58,848 bases of DNA from Thermoanaerobaculia bacterium (GCA_044226625.1 JBGAGQ010000038.1:1-58848); one strand, 5' to 3'; positions 44,757 through 54,839 are shown, numbered from the stretch's first letter. Notes: generated by a model from the letters alone, not told the origin. A program made the numbers and translations.

Positions 44757-46358
44757 ATGTTCGACGCTGTGCACGGAGTTCCGATCCTTTCTCTCATCTG
44801 CTTCCTGCCGATGGCGGGAGCGGCGGTCGTCCTGTTCGCCCTGCGCGACCCGGCGACCATCCGCCGCTTCGCTTTCGGCGTGGCGGTCGTCGATTTCCTC
44901 CTGTCGCTGCCGCTCTGGTTCGAGTTCGACCGGCAGGGGGAGCTGTTTCAGTTCAAGGAATCGCTCGACTGGATCCCGTCGATCGGCGTGCGCTACGAGA
45001 TGGGCATCGACGGCATCGCCCTCTTGCTCGTTCTGCTCACGACGCTTCTCGGCGCCCTCGCGTTCCTCTCCTCCTGGAGCGCGATTCAGGAACGCGAAAA
45101 GGAGTACTACACCTGCCTGCTGCTCCTTCAGACCGGCATGCTCGGGGTTTTTTCCGCCCTCGACTTCTTCCTGTTCTACGTCTTCTGGGAGGTCATGCTG
45201 GTGCCGATGTACTTCCTGATCGGCATCTGGGGCGGTCCGCGCCGGCTGTACGCCTCGATCAAGTTCTTCCTCTACACGCTGGTCGGCTCGGTGCTGATGT
45301 TGCTCGGCATCCTTGCCCTCTACTTTTGGAACGCCGGCGGTTTGTTCGGTTGGGCGGGGGCGGGCAACCCGCTCACCTTCTCGATCGAGCAGCTTCAGCG
45401 AGTCGGGCCGTCGATTCCGGCGGATCTCCAGGTTCTGATCTTCCTCGCCCTGTTCGTCGGCTTCGCGATCAAGGTGCCGATGTTCCCGTTCCACACCTGG
45501 CTGCCGGACGCGCACGTCGAGGCGCCGACGGCGGGCTCGGTGATCCTCGCCGGCATCCTGCTCAAGATGGGGACGTACGGTTTCGTCCGCTTCTCGCTGC
45601 CGATCCTCCCCGAGGCGACGCGCCGTCTCGTGCCCTGGATGATCGGCCTGTCGATCGTCGCCATCCTCTACGGCGCTCTCTGCGCAATGGCGCAGCGCGA
45701 CATGAAGAAGCTGGTCGCCTACTCCTCGGTCTCCCACCTCGGCTTCGTCACGCTCGGCCTGTTCGCCTTGAACGGTCCGGGGCTTTCGGGCGGCGTCTTT
45801 CAGATGATCAACCACGGCCTCTCGACCGGCGCGCTGTTCCTGCTGGTGGGCGTCCTCTACGAGCGGCGGCACACGCGAATGATCGCGGACTACGGCGGGG
45901 TCTCGGCCGTGATGCCGCGCTACGCCACGATCTTCCTGATCGCGACGCTCGCGTCGATCGGCGTGCCGGGTCTCAACGGCTTCGTCGGCGAGTTCACGAT
46001 CCTGATCGGCGCGTTCGCAAAGAGCTGGGCCTGGGCGATCGCCGCGACGCTCGGCATCGTGCTCGGTGCGGCCTACATGCTCTGGATGTTCCAGCGCGTC
46101 TTCTTCGGCCCGGTGACCTCGGAGGAGAACCGCAAGCTCGTCGACCTCTCCGGGCGCGAGCTCGCCTACCTCATACCGATCGTCCTGCTCTGCTTCTGGA
46201 TCGGTCTCTATCCCAAGCCGTTCTTCCAGGTGCTCGAAAAGCCCGTGGCGTTCCTCGTGGAGCGGGTGGCGCCGCCGCAGTTCCCTGACGCCGGAGAGCC
46301 GGAAGCCGTCACGGATCCGGGCACCGACCCGGTCGCGGCCCCGGCCCAGGGGCGGTGA
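44757..46358 (+). CDS. nuoM: NADH-quinone oxidoreductase subunit M
   Basis: FYVFWE.MLVPM, KVPMFPFHTWLPDAHVEAPT.GS..LAGILLKMG. Confidence 0.95.
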   Translation: MFDAVHGVPILSLICFLPMAGAAVVLFALRDPATIRRFAFGVAVVDFLLSLPLWFEFDRQGELFQFKESLDWIPSIGVRYEMGIDGIALLLVLLTTLLGALAFLSSWSAIQEREKEYYTCLLLLQTGMLGVFSALDFFLFYVFWEVMLVPMYFLIGIWGGPRRLYASIKFFLYTLVGSVLMLLGILALYFWNAGGLFGWAGAGNPLTFSIEQLQRVGPSIPADLQVLIFLALFVGFAIKVPMFPFHTWLPDAHVEAPTAGSVILAGILLKMGTYGFVRFSLPILPEATRRLVPWMIGLSIVAILYGALCAMAQRDMKKLVAYSSVSHLGFVTLGLFALNGPGLSGGVFQMINHGLSTGALFLLVGVLYERRHTRMIADYGGVSAVMPRYATIFLIATLASIGVPGLNGFVGEFTILIGAFAKSWAWAIAATLGIVLGAAYMLWMFQRVFFGPVTSEENRKLVDLSGRELAYLIPIVLLCFWIGLYPKPFFQVLEKPVAFLVERVAPPQFPDAGEPEAVTDPGTDPVAAPAQGR

Positions 46359-46361
46359 GCC

Positions 46362-47897
46362 ATGCCCCCGGCCGCGGTGTTCTCGCTGCGTGACGTCGCG
46401 CTGATCGGCCCGGAGGTGCTGCTCGCCGCCGCGGGCCTGCTTCTGCTCGTCGCGGGGGCGATCGGCAGGGGACTGTCGCGGCGGGATTCGTTCCGGGTTT
46501 CAGGGTTAGGCGTCGCACTCGCGACCGTCCTCCTGATCGAGGTGCGGATCTCGGAAGGGGGCGCCGCGCGCCTCTTCGGCGGCAGCCTGGTGCTCGACGG
46601 CTACGCGTTCTTCTGGCAGATCCTTCTGCTCGGCGCGCTGGCGCTGGTGCTGCTCGCCTCCACCCGGGGGATCGAGGCGCTCGGCCCGGAGGCGTCGGGG
46701 GCAGGGGGCGGATCGACCGGCGGTTCTGGCCGAGCCGTGGGCCGCGCTTCGGAATATTGCCCGCTGCTCCTGATCGCGTCCGCCGGGGCGATGTTGATGG
46801 TCGCGGCGGCGGATCTCCTCTCGCTCTGGATCTCTCTCGAGACGATGGCGCTCGCGAGCTACGTCCTGGTCGGTATCTTCACCCGGGAGCGGGCCTCGAA
46901 CGAGGCGGCGATCAAATACTTCGTCCTCGGCGCCTTCTCTTCGGCGATCCTGCTCTACGGCGTCTCGCTCCTCTACGGCGCGACCGGCACGCTCGACTTC
47001 GAGGGTCTGGCGCGGACGGTCCCCCAGGCGATCGCCCAGGGGAGCCGGATCGCTCCGCTCGGCGGGCTGCTGCTCCTGGCGGGGTTCTTCTTCAAGGTCG
47101 CCGCCGCCCCGTTCCATGCCTGGGTGCCGGACGTCTACGTCGGGGCCCCGACGCCGGTGACGGCGTTCCTCGCCGGCCTCTCGAAGCTCGCCTCGTTCGC
47201 CGCCCTCGGGCGGATTCTGCTTTTCGCTTTCGGCGACGCCCGAGGAGATTGGCAGCCGGTGCTCGCCGGGGTCGCGGTGGTGAGCATGATCTGGGGCAAC
47301 GTCGGCGCGCTCACCCAAACGAGCGTGAAGCGGCTGCTCGCCTACAGCTCGATCGCCCATGCCGGCTATCTGCTCCTGGGGATTCTCGCGGCGTCCGAGA
47401 CCGGTCTTTGGGCCGCGATGTTCTACGCCGCCGCCTACCTGTTCATGACCGTGGGCGCTTTTTCGGTCGTCGCGCTGCTCCACCGGGGCGAGCACGCGGC
47501 GGAGACGTGCTCGGACTACGCTGGGCTCGGCAAGCGGAGGCCGTACGTCGCCGCCGCGATGCTCGTCTTCCTGCTCGGCCTCACCGGCATTCCGCCGACC
47601 GGCGGCTTCTTCGGCAAGGTGTTCCTGTTCGCGGCCGCGGTGCAGGGAGGATGGACCTGGGCGGCGGTGGTAGGGGTGCTCACGAGCGCCCTCTCGCTCT
47701 ATTTCTATTTCCGGATCGTCGTCTTCATGTACTTCAAACCCGCCGATCTGGCGGAGGGGGTACGAGCCGAAACGGCGCCCACCCCCTGGGGGCTCCGCGT
47801 CGGGATCGGTGTCTCCGCGCTCTTGTCGCTGGGCTTGGGCCTCTATCCCGGGCCGCTGATCGATTGGGTGAAACAGAGCTTGCTCGCGTTGCGATAG
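46362..47897 (+). CDS. nuoN: NADH-quinone oxidoreductase subunit N
   Basis: EAAIKYFVLG, FKVAAAPFHAWVPDVY.GAPT, KRLLAYSSIAHAGY, GIPPT.GF.GK. Confidence 0.95.
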   Translation: MPPAAVFSLRDVALIGPEVLLAAAGLLLLVAGAIGRGLSRRDSFRVSGLGVALATVLLIEVRISEGGAARLFGGSLVLDGYAFFWQILLLGALALVLLASTRGIEALGPEASGAGGGSTGGSGRAVGRASEYCPLLLIASAGAMLMVAAADLLSLWISLETMALASYVLVGIFTRERASNEAAIKYFVLGAFSSAILLYGVSLLYGATGTLDFEGLARTVPQAIAQGSRIAPLGGLLLLAGFFFKVAAAPFHAWVPDVYVGAPTPVTAFLAGLSKLASFAALGRILLFAFGDARGDWQPVLAGVAVVSMIWGNVGALTQTSVKRLLAYSSIAHAGYLLLGILAASETGLWAAMFYAAAYLFMTVGAFSVVALLHRGEHAAETCSDYAGLGKRRPYVAAAMLVFLLGLTGIPPTGGFFGKVFLFAAAVQGGWTWAAVVGVLTSALSLYFYFRIVVFMYFKPADLAEGVRAETAPTPWGLRVGIGVSALLSLGLGLYPGPLIDWVKQSLLALR

Positions 47898-48026
47898 TCT
47901 CCCTCCGCGGCGGCGCGGTTCCGACCTAGGTCTTGCGGCGTCGGTTTTGCAGGAAGGTTCTGCCAGGAACCGCGCGGAACCAGCGTCGGTGGTAATGGAA
48001 GGTGCCGGATGGAGGGGAGAGCACCC

Positions 48027-48659
48027 GTGGCGAAAGAGAGCGGTGACCACCAGAAAGGGTGGGATTTCGAGGCGGCGGCGATGCCTTTCGTCGATGCGCT
48101 TTACAACACCGCCTATCGAATGACGCGCAATTCGGAGGACGCGGAGGACCTGGTCCAGGAGACGTATCTCAAGGCCTACCGCTACTACGACAAGTTCGAG
48201 GAAGGCACGAACTTCAAGGCGTGGCTCTTCAAGATCATGAAGAACACGTTCATCAACAATTACCGGAAGCGGCAGCTCGCTCCGGCGTTCTCCGACTTCG
48301 CCGACATCGAGGAGAGCTTCGAGAGCCAGGTGAGCGAGGAAGTCGCGCGCCAGAATCCCAATCCGGAGGAAGAGCTGCTCGAAAACGTGCTCGACGGCGA
48401 CGTCCAGCAGGCGCTCGACAAGCTGCCGCCGGACTATCGCATGGTCGTCATCCTCGCGGACCTCGAGAACTTCTCCTACAAGGAGATCGCCGAGATCCTC
48501 GAGGTGCCGGTCGGCACGGTGATGAGCCGTCTCTACCGTGGCCGCCGCCTGCTCGAGGCCGCGATGCTCGACTTCGCCCGCGATCACAACTATCTGCGGG
48601 GCGGCGAGCCGATGAAGATGAGAAGCCGGCCGGCGCCGGCGCCTCCGTCGACCAAATGA
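48027..48659 (+). CDS. ECF sigma factor (SigH/SigR-like)
   Basis: GGAGG RBS + GTG; [54 protein letters not shown]. Confidence 0.92.
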   Translation: MAKESGDHQKGWDFEAAAMPFVDALYNTAYRMTRNSEDAEDLVQETYLKAYRYYDKFEEGTNFKAWLFKIMKNTFINNYRKRQLAPAFSDFADIEESFESQVSEEVARQNPNPEEELLENVLDGDVQQALDKLPPDYRMVVILADLENFSYKEIAEILEVPVGTVMSRLYRGRRLLEAAMLDFARDHNYLRGGEPMKMRSRPAPAPPSTK

Positions 48660-48680
48660 ACCGCGCTCGAGCCCGGGCGC

Positions 48681-48706
48681 GGAATTTCCCGAACGCTGGT
48701 CGAGTT
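48681..48706 (+). promoter_or_regulatory. Possible SigR/SigH-type promoter upstream of the anti-sigma gene
   Basis: GGAAT-N18-GTT; an alternative TAGAAT -10 lies at 48715-48720. Confidence 0.3.
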
Positions 48707-48789
48707 TTCGCCGTTAGAATCGAGAGAAAGAAACCGAGCTGAGCCCATGTCTTGCCATATCGATCGAAAATTCTCCGGGGACCGAGGCG

Positions 48790-49035
48790 ATGGACTGTAA
48801 GCGGGTCAGCGAAGTGATCTATCTCTTCTTCGACAACGAGCTGGCGGAAGATCAGCTCGCCCCTTTCCAGGCGCACGTCGATCATTGCCCGGAGTGCGCC
48901 GACCGGGTCGGCAAGACCCGGAGGGTTCTGGTTCTGGTGCGCGAGCGGTGCACCCGCTGCTGCGCGCCCGAGCACCTGCGGTTGAAGATTCTCACCAGTA
49001 TGCCTCATCGCCGCTCGCCGGCACGCCCCCACTGA
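48790..49035 (+). CDS. Zinc-binding anti-sigma factor (zf-HC2, RshA/RsrA-like)
   Basis: MDC...HVDHCPEC (HxxxCxxC) plus a CTRCC.AP motif; no TM; adjacent to the ECF sigma. Confidence 0.88.
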   Translation: MDCKRVSEVIYLFFDNELAEDQLAPFQAHVDHCPECADRVGKTRRVLVLVRERCTRCCAPEHLRLKILTSMPHRRSPARPH

Positions 49036-49049
49036 GGAGGGCTCTCGTC

Positions 49050-49511
49050 ATGCGCGTTTCCAGACACCTTCGGGTGGCTCTCGTTTTCGCCTCGTTCGCG
49101 CTCGCCGCCGTTACCGGCGCCGCGGCGCAAGGGTGGCGTCTGTCCGGCATCAACGGCGAAAGCCTTACCGATGCCGAGGTCGGTCAGGGGGCGACGGTCG
49201 TGGTCGTCTGGGCCTCCTGGTCGCCGAAATCGCGCGACATCGTCGACCGGGTGAACCAGATCGAAGGGCGCTGGGCGGGCAAGGTCCGCGTGGTGACCGT
49301 CTCGTTCCAGGAAGATCGGGCGGCGGTCTCCGGCTTCGTGGCCGGCAAGGGTCTGCGCGCGCCGGTCTTCCTCGACACCGACGGCGCGTTCTCGCGGAAG
49401 TTCTCGATCGCGACGCTCCCCGGACTGCTGGTGATCAAGGACGGCCAAGTCGCCTATCGCGGCAAGCTGCCCGAGGATCCGAACGCGGTGATCGCCGATC
49501 TGATCCGCTGA
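49050..49511 (+). CDS. Exported TlpA-like thioredoxin-fold protein lacking CxxC
   Basis: GAGGAGG RBS; signal peptide; VVVWASWSPKS (SxxS), V..D..G...R.F.I.TLP. Confidence 0.78.
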   Translation: MRVSRHLRVALVFASFALAAVTGAAAQGWRLSGINGESLTDAEVGQGATVVVVWASWSPKSRDIVDRVNQIEGRWAGKVRVVTVSFQEDRAAVSGFVAGKGLRAPVFLDTDGAFSRKFSIATLPGLLVIKDGQVAYRGKLPEDPNAVIADLIR

Positions 49512-49685
49512 TCCTCAGCGGCGGCGAGCCCCGTCGCCGCCGAGTTTCCGTTCGGTGCGCCCGAAAGCCCGTTCGGATCGAGTTCGCGGTTGCGGCAAGC
49601 GCAACCGGCCTGTTATCCTCCACGGCGGTCGCCGGCCGGAAGCCATCGACCGCCCACGAACAACGCGAGGAGGACCCACGGCCGG

Positions 49686-51074
49686 ATGGCTTTCCATAGG
49701 CATCACGCCCTCTCCGTATTGCGCACGGCGGTGCCCGTGGGTTTGGCGCTCGTCGGCTGGATGCTCCACCTGGCCACCGATCGGTTGGAGGCCTACAACC
49801 GGTCCCCCTTCCCCGTAACCAGCGTTCCTTCGTTCCGCGACGAATTCGCCCCTCGGTTGGCTTCGCCTACGGCCACCTCACCCTGGCTCGATCGCGCGCG
49901 GGTTCCCGTAGAGTACTCGCTCCGCCGCGGCGAAACCGTGCCCTCTCTGTTCGCCCGGCTGGGCGTCGAGGGAGACGAGGCCGAGCAAGCCGTCGCCGCC
50001 TTCTCGCGGGACCTCGACCCGCGGCGATTGAGGGCGGGGGATCGGCTGTCGGCGTTTTTCGGACCGAAGGCGAAGCTCGCGGCGCTCGATTTGACCGTGG
50101 CCGGCGTCGGCCGGCTCGAAATGGCGCGCGGCGTCGACGGGTGGCGATCGCGCTGGCGCGATTTCGCGCGGGCCTCCCGATTGAAGGTGGTGCGGGGTGG
50201 GATCGACGGCGCTTTCGACTCTTCGGTCCAGGCGGCGGGAGGGCCTCCCGCGCTCGCCTATAAAATCGCCGACATCCTCCAGTGGGACGTCGATTTCGCG
50301 CGCGATTTGAAGCGCGGCGACCGTTTCGAGGCGCTCTACGAAGAGGTGCTGGTCGACGGCAAGCCGTACGGCGTGCAGAAGGTGATCGCCGTCGCTTACG
50401 AAGGGGATCGGGGCCGCAAAGAGGCGATCCGCTTCGGCGCCGACGGCACCTACTACGACGGCCAGGGGCAGCCGCTGCGGAAGATGTTCCTCCGTTCGCC
50501 GCTGCGCTACTCGCGGATCACCTCGCGCTTTTCGAATCGAAGGTTCCACCCGGTGCTCGGCGTCTTCCGGCCCCATTACGGCATCGATTACGGCGCTCCG
50601 GTCGGCACGCCGGTCCAGTCGACGGCTTCCGGCGTGGTGGTCTCCTCGGGTTGGGAACGGGGCGGCGGCAACGTCGTCAAGGTCCGGCACGCGGGCGGAT
50701 ACGTCACCGCCTATCTGCATCTCTCCCGCTTCGCGCGCGGCGTCCGGGCGGGAGCGCGGGTGCGCCAGGGAGAGGTGATCGCCTACACCGGGATGACCGG
50801 CCTCGCGACGGGACCGCACCTCGACTACCGAGTGCAACGGCAGGGGCGCTGGATCGATCCGCTCGGCTTGACGAGCGTGCGCGACCAGGAGCTCCCTTCG
50901 CGTCAGCTCGCCTCGTTCCGGGGCTGGCGCGACGCCATCCGGAGAGCCTGGTCCTCGGGTCGGGTCGAAGCGCTCGGCCGTGTGCCGGGGATCGGTACGC
51001 CGATTCCGGCGACACCCCAGATCGCCGGGCGTCGAGTCCCCTCGGCTCCCTCGGCGACCGTCCTGGCTCGCTAG
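49686..51074 (+). CDS. M23 family peptidoglycan DD-metalloendopeptidase (MepM-like)
   Basis: ITSRFS.RRFHPVLG..RPHYGIDYGAP.GTPV, Y.T.YLHLS, G.ATGPHLDY. Confidence 0.92.
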   Translation: MAFHRHHALSVLRTAVPVGLALVGWMLHLATDRLEAYNRSPFPVTSVPSFRDEFAPRLASPTATSPWLDRARVPVEYSLRRGETVPSLFARLGVEGDEAEQAVAAFSRDLDPRRLRAGDRLSAFFGPKAKLAALDLTVAGVGRLEMARGVDGWRSRWRDFARASRLKVVRGGIDGAFDSSVQAAGGPPALAYKIADILQWDVDFARDLKRGDRFEALYEEVLVDGKPYGVQKVIAVAYEGDRGRKEAIRFGADGTYYDGQGQPLRKMFLRSPLRYSRITSRFSNRRFHPVLGVFRPHYGIDYGAPVGTPVQSTASGVVVSSGWERGGGNVVKVRHAGGYVTAYLHLSRFARGVRAGARVRQGEVIAYTGMTGLATGPHLDYRVQRQGRWIDPLGLTSVRDQELPSRQLASFRGWRDAIRRAWSSGRVEALGRVPGIGTPIPATPQIAGRRVPSAPSATVLAR

Positions 51075-51081
51075 AGAAAGC

Positions 51082-52065
51082 ATGCGCTGCCGCGCCTGGT
51101 GCCGCGTCGATTTCGCCGGCGGTACCCTAGATATCTGGCCGCTGGGCCTCGGTTTCCCTGGAGCGCGGACGGTCAACGTCGCGATCGACGTCGCGGTGAA
51201 CCTCGCCTTACGCCCGAGCTCCGACGGGAGGTATCGGGTGCGCCAGGGGAGAGAGACGATCCTTGCCGTCTCGCTCGCCGAGCTTTCGGCTCGACCGGAG
51301 AGCTCGTTGATCGGGGTCTTCGCCGAGGCGCTCGACCTGCCGCCTTTCGATCTCGAGCTCGCGAGCGACTCTCCCCGGGGCGGCGGTCTCGGCGGCAGCT
51401 CGGCGATCGGGGTGGCGTTCCTCGCTCTCGCCGAGGAGACGTTCGATCGGCCGCGCACCTCGTCGAGCGAGCGGGCGCGCCTCGCGCGTGACTTGGAAGC
51501 ACGTCTGATGGGGCTGCCGACGGGTCTCCAGGACCACTATCCGGCGCTCCTCGGGGGCGCGCTCGAGATCCTCCATCGACCCGGCGGCGAACGGGTTCGC
51601 CGTCTCGCGGTCGACCTCGAAGCGCTCTCGGATCACCTGCTGCTCGTCGATACCGGTGCGAGCCACTTCTCGGCCGGCCAGAACTGGCTCGTGGTCCGCG
51701 GCGCGCTCGAACGGGACGAGCGGGTTCGTTCGGCTCTCGGAGAGATCGCCGAGGTGTCGGCGGACATGTCGGTGGTGCTCGAACAGAACGACCTGCCAGG
51801 CGCAGGCCGGCTCCTCCGCCGCGAGTGGCAGGCGCGCAGCCGGTTGGCGGAAGGAATCTCCACGCCCAAGATCGAGGAGTTGCTCGACCGTTCGGCGGCG
51901 CTCGGCGGTTGGGGAGGCAAGGCCTGCGGTGCCGGAGCGGGCGGCTGCGTCGCCCTCCTCGTGCCGGCGGAGCGTAAAGCGACAATCGCCGCCGAGATGG
52001 AGAAGGCGGGGGGGCGAGTGGTACCGGCCCGTGCCGTCGGCGGACCTCTCGAGCTGTTCGACTAA
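51082..52065 (+). CDS. GHMP kinase (HddA/heptose-7-phosphate-kinase-like)
   Basis: RVDFAGGTLD, SPRGGGLGGSS, TGLQDHY, GK.CGAGAGG. Confidence 0.85.
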   Translation: MRCRAWCRVDFAGGTLDIWPLGLGFPGARTVNVAIDVAVNLALRPSSDGRYRVRQGRETILAVSLAELSARPESSLIGVFAEALDLPPFDLELASDSPRGGGLGGSSAIGVAFLALAEETFDRPRTSSSERARLARDLEARLMGLPTGLQDHYPALLGGALEILHRPGGERVRRLAVDLEALSDHLLLVDTGASHFSAGQNWLVVRGALERDERVRSALGEIAEVSADMSVVLEQNDLPGAGRLLRREWQARSRLAEGISTPKIEELLDRSAALGGWGGKACGAGAGGCVALLVPAERKATIAAEMEKAGGRVVPARAVGGPLELFD

Positions 52066-52074
52066 TCTCAGCTT

Positions 52075-52113
52075 CAAAAAGAAAAACCGGCCGAACCTTA
52101 CGGTCGAGCCGGT
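52075..52113 (-). terminator. Probable intrinsic terminator of the minus-strand HTH-TPR-secreted protein operon
   Basis: Imperfect hairpin AACCGGC...GCCGGTT flanked by AAAAAGAAAAA, which is a U-rich tract on the minus strand, just downstream of stop 52139. Confidence 0.55.
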
Positions 52114-52138
52114 TCTGGTTCCTGCCGAAGCCTTCGAA

Positions 52139-53515
52139 CTATCGGTTGCGCGCGCGCTGCGCCAGGATCTGCTCCGCCTGCTCCGGCGTCATGTTCGGCC
52201 CGAGCGCAATGCTCAGCACGTCCGTCCACCCGTCGTCGGTCGACTCCCGATAGAGGATCTTGTCGCCCTGCCGCCAGCTGACGATCAGCGAGTCGCCGTG
52301 GGTCGAGGCGTAAACGTTCGGCACGGCGTCGCCGGTGTCGGGGACGGGGAGGGATGCCGCAGTGTGTACGGACAACACATGTCCTGGGGCCGCTACGGTC
52401 GGTTCAGCAGTCGGCGAAGCGAGAACTTCGACCATCTGATAGGTCAGGTTTTGCTGACGCCCGCCTCGACCGCCGAAGGTGTCGGCTCCGATTTCAATGA
52501 TCTGCGCTCGGGTTGCGTCCGCAAGCCGTCGCACCTGGCCGGGGGAGAAACGGGCGCCGATCTCGATGATCTGCGCTCGTGTCGCGTCGGCGATGAAGCC
52601 GCGAATGCTGGGATGAAGGTTCGAGCCGATTTCGATGATCTGAGCTCGAGCCGCATCGGCAAGAGGTGTGATCGGAGAGGGAATCCGGGGATAGGTGAGG
52701 ATCTTCGCTCGCACCCGAGCCGCGATGTCGGATAGATCGACAGGAAGCGCGTCGATCTCCAAAGCGTTCAGTAACCCGGTTTCCGAGTTGACAAAGGTAG
52801 CGACGGTCGTCGAGCCGTCACCGATTTGAATCGAGGGCGCGTGAAGGAGCGGCCCGTTGGGAACGGTCGTCACCCGTAAATCGTTTGACTTGGAGAGATC
52901 GTCAAGCTGGAAGACTGGGTTCCATCCGATGTATTCGCCGTCAATGAGGACGACGGGCGCGTAAACCGCGCGGTCATCGCTACCGGTGGTCTCCCACCAA
53001 ACCGTTTCGACGATCGTGCGGTAATGGCGCGCCGGATTGCCGGTGGCGTCGGGAAGCTCGAAGCTGTCGTGGCTCACCGCGATCCGCGGTGAGCTCTTGA
53101 AGCTATACCGATCACTCGAGATCTGAACCACTTCGCCGAATTGGCTATTGGCAAGGCTGGTGAGGTAAAGAACCGAGTGAAGGGGATTGATTCGACTTTC
53201 CCAGACTAGAAAGATGCTCTTCGCCGATTCTTCGAAGAAGAGGGAAGGGGAGCTCTCGACGTCGTTGCCATTGGTTCCCGGAACCAAAAGGCGCTCCGTA
53301 AGCGGGCCGTTCGGGCCGGGCCTCGTGACATCCAAGGCGAGCACGTTCGAGTCGGATTGAGCGAGCGCTGTAGGGAAAAGATCCCTGAAAATGCCCGTTC
53401 GAATTCGATAGAGGTCGCCGTTGGCGCCAAGAGCGACATCATGGGATTCGCCGTAGGATGGCGAGATGCCAGCCAGCACCAGGACCACAAGGAGGAAGAT
53501 GTTTCGAATCTTCAT
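52139..53515 (-). CDS. Sec-secreted protein of unknown family with three ADA[AT]RAQIIEIG repeats
   Basis: Signal peptide MKIRNIFLLVVLVLAGISPSYG; repeats at 52625-52660, 52556-52591 and 52487-52522 (69-nt period). Confidence 0.85.
   Translation of the reverse strand: MKIRNIFLLVVLVLAGISPSYGESHDVALGANGDLYRIRTGIFRDLFPTALAQSDSNVLALDVTRPGPNGPLTERLLVPGTNGNDVESSPSLFFEESAKSIFLVWESRINPLHSVLYLTSLANSQFGEVVQISSDRYSFKSSPRIAVSHDSFELPDATGNPARHYRTIVETVWWETTGSDDRAVYAPVVLIDGEYIGWNPVFQLDDLSKSNDLRVTTVPNGPLLHAPSIQIGDGSTTVATFVNSETGLLNALEIDALPVDLSDIAARVRAKILTYPRIPSPITPLADAARAQIIEIGSNLHPSIRGFIADATRAQIIEIGARFSPGQVRRLADATRAQIIEIGADTFGGRGGRQQNLTYQMVEVLASPTAEPTVAAPGHVLSVHTAASLPVPDTGDAVPNVYASTHGDSLIVSWRQGDKILYRESTDDGWTDVLSIALGPNMTPEQAEQILAQRARNR
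52487..52660 (-). repeat. Intragenic 69-bp-period repeat encoding ADA[AT]RAQIIEIG x3
   Basis: Motif conserved at protein level with synonymous DNA changes; the 11-aa linkers differ. Confidence 0.9.
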
Positions 53516-53519
53516 CGTC

Positions 53520-54428
53520 TTATGCTTTCAGGTTAATCAGCTTGCGGACATCGATCGCAAGTAGAAAATCAGGAAGGTACTTGTCGCTGGGGAAGAAACG
53601 TTCCTGAAGAGTCCTGAAGTGCTCTCTCGCGCCTCGCGTATCACGTGCCAAGTTTGCCGCTTCACCGAGCAGGTACAGAGCATTCTTTGAGATGTCGTTA
53701 TCGCCGACCGATTCCGCGATTCTCAATGCGATGATGCCGTGCCGATAGGCTGCCTTATATCGCCCTATCTCCAGCATCGCGAAGCAGAGATCGATCCGAG
53801 GATAGCGCTCGAAACCTTTGGCACCCAAGGAACGAAGAGTCCTCAGCGACTGGTAGAGGTGACGGAACCCCTCAGCGTGGCGACCCTCGACAGTTCGGCA
53901 ATAACCGATGTTGTCGAGGATGAGCGCGCGCTCCAGCTTTCGCGAAGGTGGCATCAGCTCGAGAGCTTTCTCGTATTCCGCCAGCGCTTCGTCAAAGAAA
54001 CTGTCTGCGATCAGGATGTTACCGATGCTGTTGTGCGAAACCGCCTGCCAATCCTGCCGGCCGAGGACGATTGCCCGGTCGAGGGATATCCGAGCGTAAA
54101 AGAGGCCCTTCTTCGAGGCTTTCCGAATGTCATGAGCGTTCGCGAGGTTGTGAGCGGCGAGCCAACAATTCTCGAGATCGGTGTTGCGCATCAAAATTTC
54201 ACGCAAGCGGATGAGGTCGCCATCGGCGACCGTTCCCGTCTCGATCTCCAGCGCCGCGAGGTTGCAGAACGCACGATCGATCAGCCTCTCGTCTCCCTCC
54301 TCACGCGCTCGTTCCAATGCCTCTTCAAACGTGCGACGAGCGACATCAAGGTCGCCTCGATTGAGGGACTTGAGGCCGCGCTCTCTTAGGATCTCGTAGC
54401 TTTCGGGGACCTTGCCGATTTCAGCCAT
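53520..54428 (-). CDS. Tetratricopeptide-repeat protein (cytoplasmic)
   Basis: Repeated A..NLA, HNSIGN....FDEAL..YEKAL, LDNIGY, LYLLGE helices; no signal peptide. Alternative start 54449 overlaps the HTH stop (ATGA). Confidence 0.85.
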   Translation of the reverse strand: MAEIGKVPESYEILRERGLKSLNRGDLDVARRTFEEALERAREEGDERLIDRAFCNLAALEIETGTVADGDLIRLREILMRNTDLENCWLAAHNLANAHDIRKASKKGLFYARISLDRAIVLGRQDWQAVSHNSIGNILIADSFFDEALAEYEKALELMPPSRKLERALILDNIGYCRTVEGRHAEGFRHLYQSLRTLRSLGAKGFERYPRIDLCFAMLEIGRYKAAYRHGIIALRIAESVGDNDISKNALYLLGEAANLARDTRGAREHFRTLQERFFPSDKYLPDFLLAIDVRKLINLKA

Positions 54429-54445
54429 AGTCGCTTTATCCCCTC

Positions 54446-54817
54446 TCATACACCCGACTCATCGGTGCGGCGTTCGAGCTGCTCACGTTTGAAGGCCACG
54501 AAATCTTCGACCTCGCGCTGCGCGGCTTCGTCGAGCGCACTCAGATCACGGGCTACCCGGAGAGCGCGAGTCGAAACATCCGGGGCAGGATTCATCTCGT
54601 CGAAAAACTCGCCGATCGAGAGCTTGAACTCGGCGACGATACGAAACAGGGTATCCAGGCTGACCCGGTACTCCCCCTTCTCCATCCGGGAGAGATCGGA
54701 TTGCTGAATGCCGAGACGGGCAGAGAGCTCCACCTGCGTCAACTTGTGGTCGCGGCGAAGCTGCCGGATCTTCCGGCCGACGAGCTGGACCTGGCGAATC
54801 TTGGGAGAAGCGATCAT
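54446..54817 (-). CDS. XRE-family HTH transcriptional regulator
   Basis: VGRKIRQLRR..KLTQ.ELS.RLGIQQSDLSRMEKGE. Confidence 0.92.
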   Translation of the reverse strand: MIASPKIRQVQLVGRKIRQLRRDHKLTQVELSARLGIQQSDLSRMEKGEYRVSLDTLFRIVAEFKLSIGEFFDEMNPAPDVSTRALRVARDLSALDEAAQREVEDFVAFKREQLERRTDESGV

Positions 54818-54839
54818 CGGCTCATCTCGGACGAAGCGT

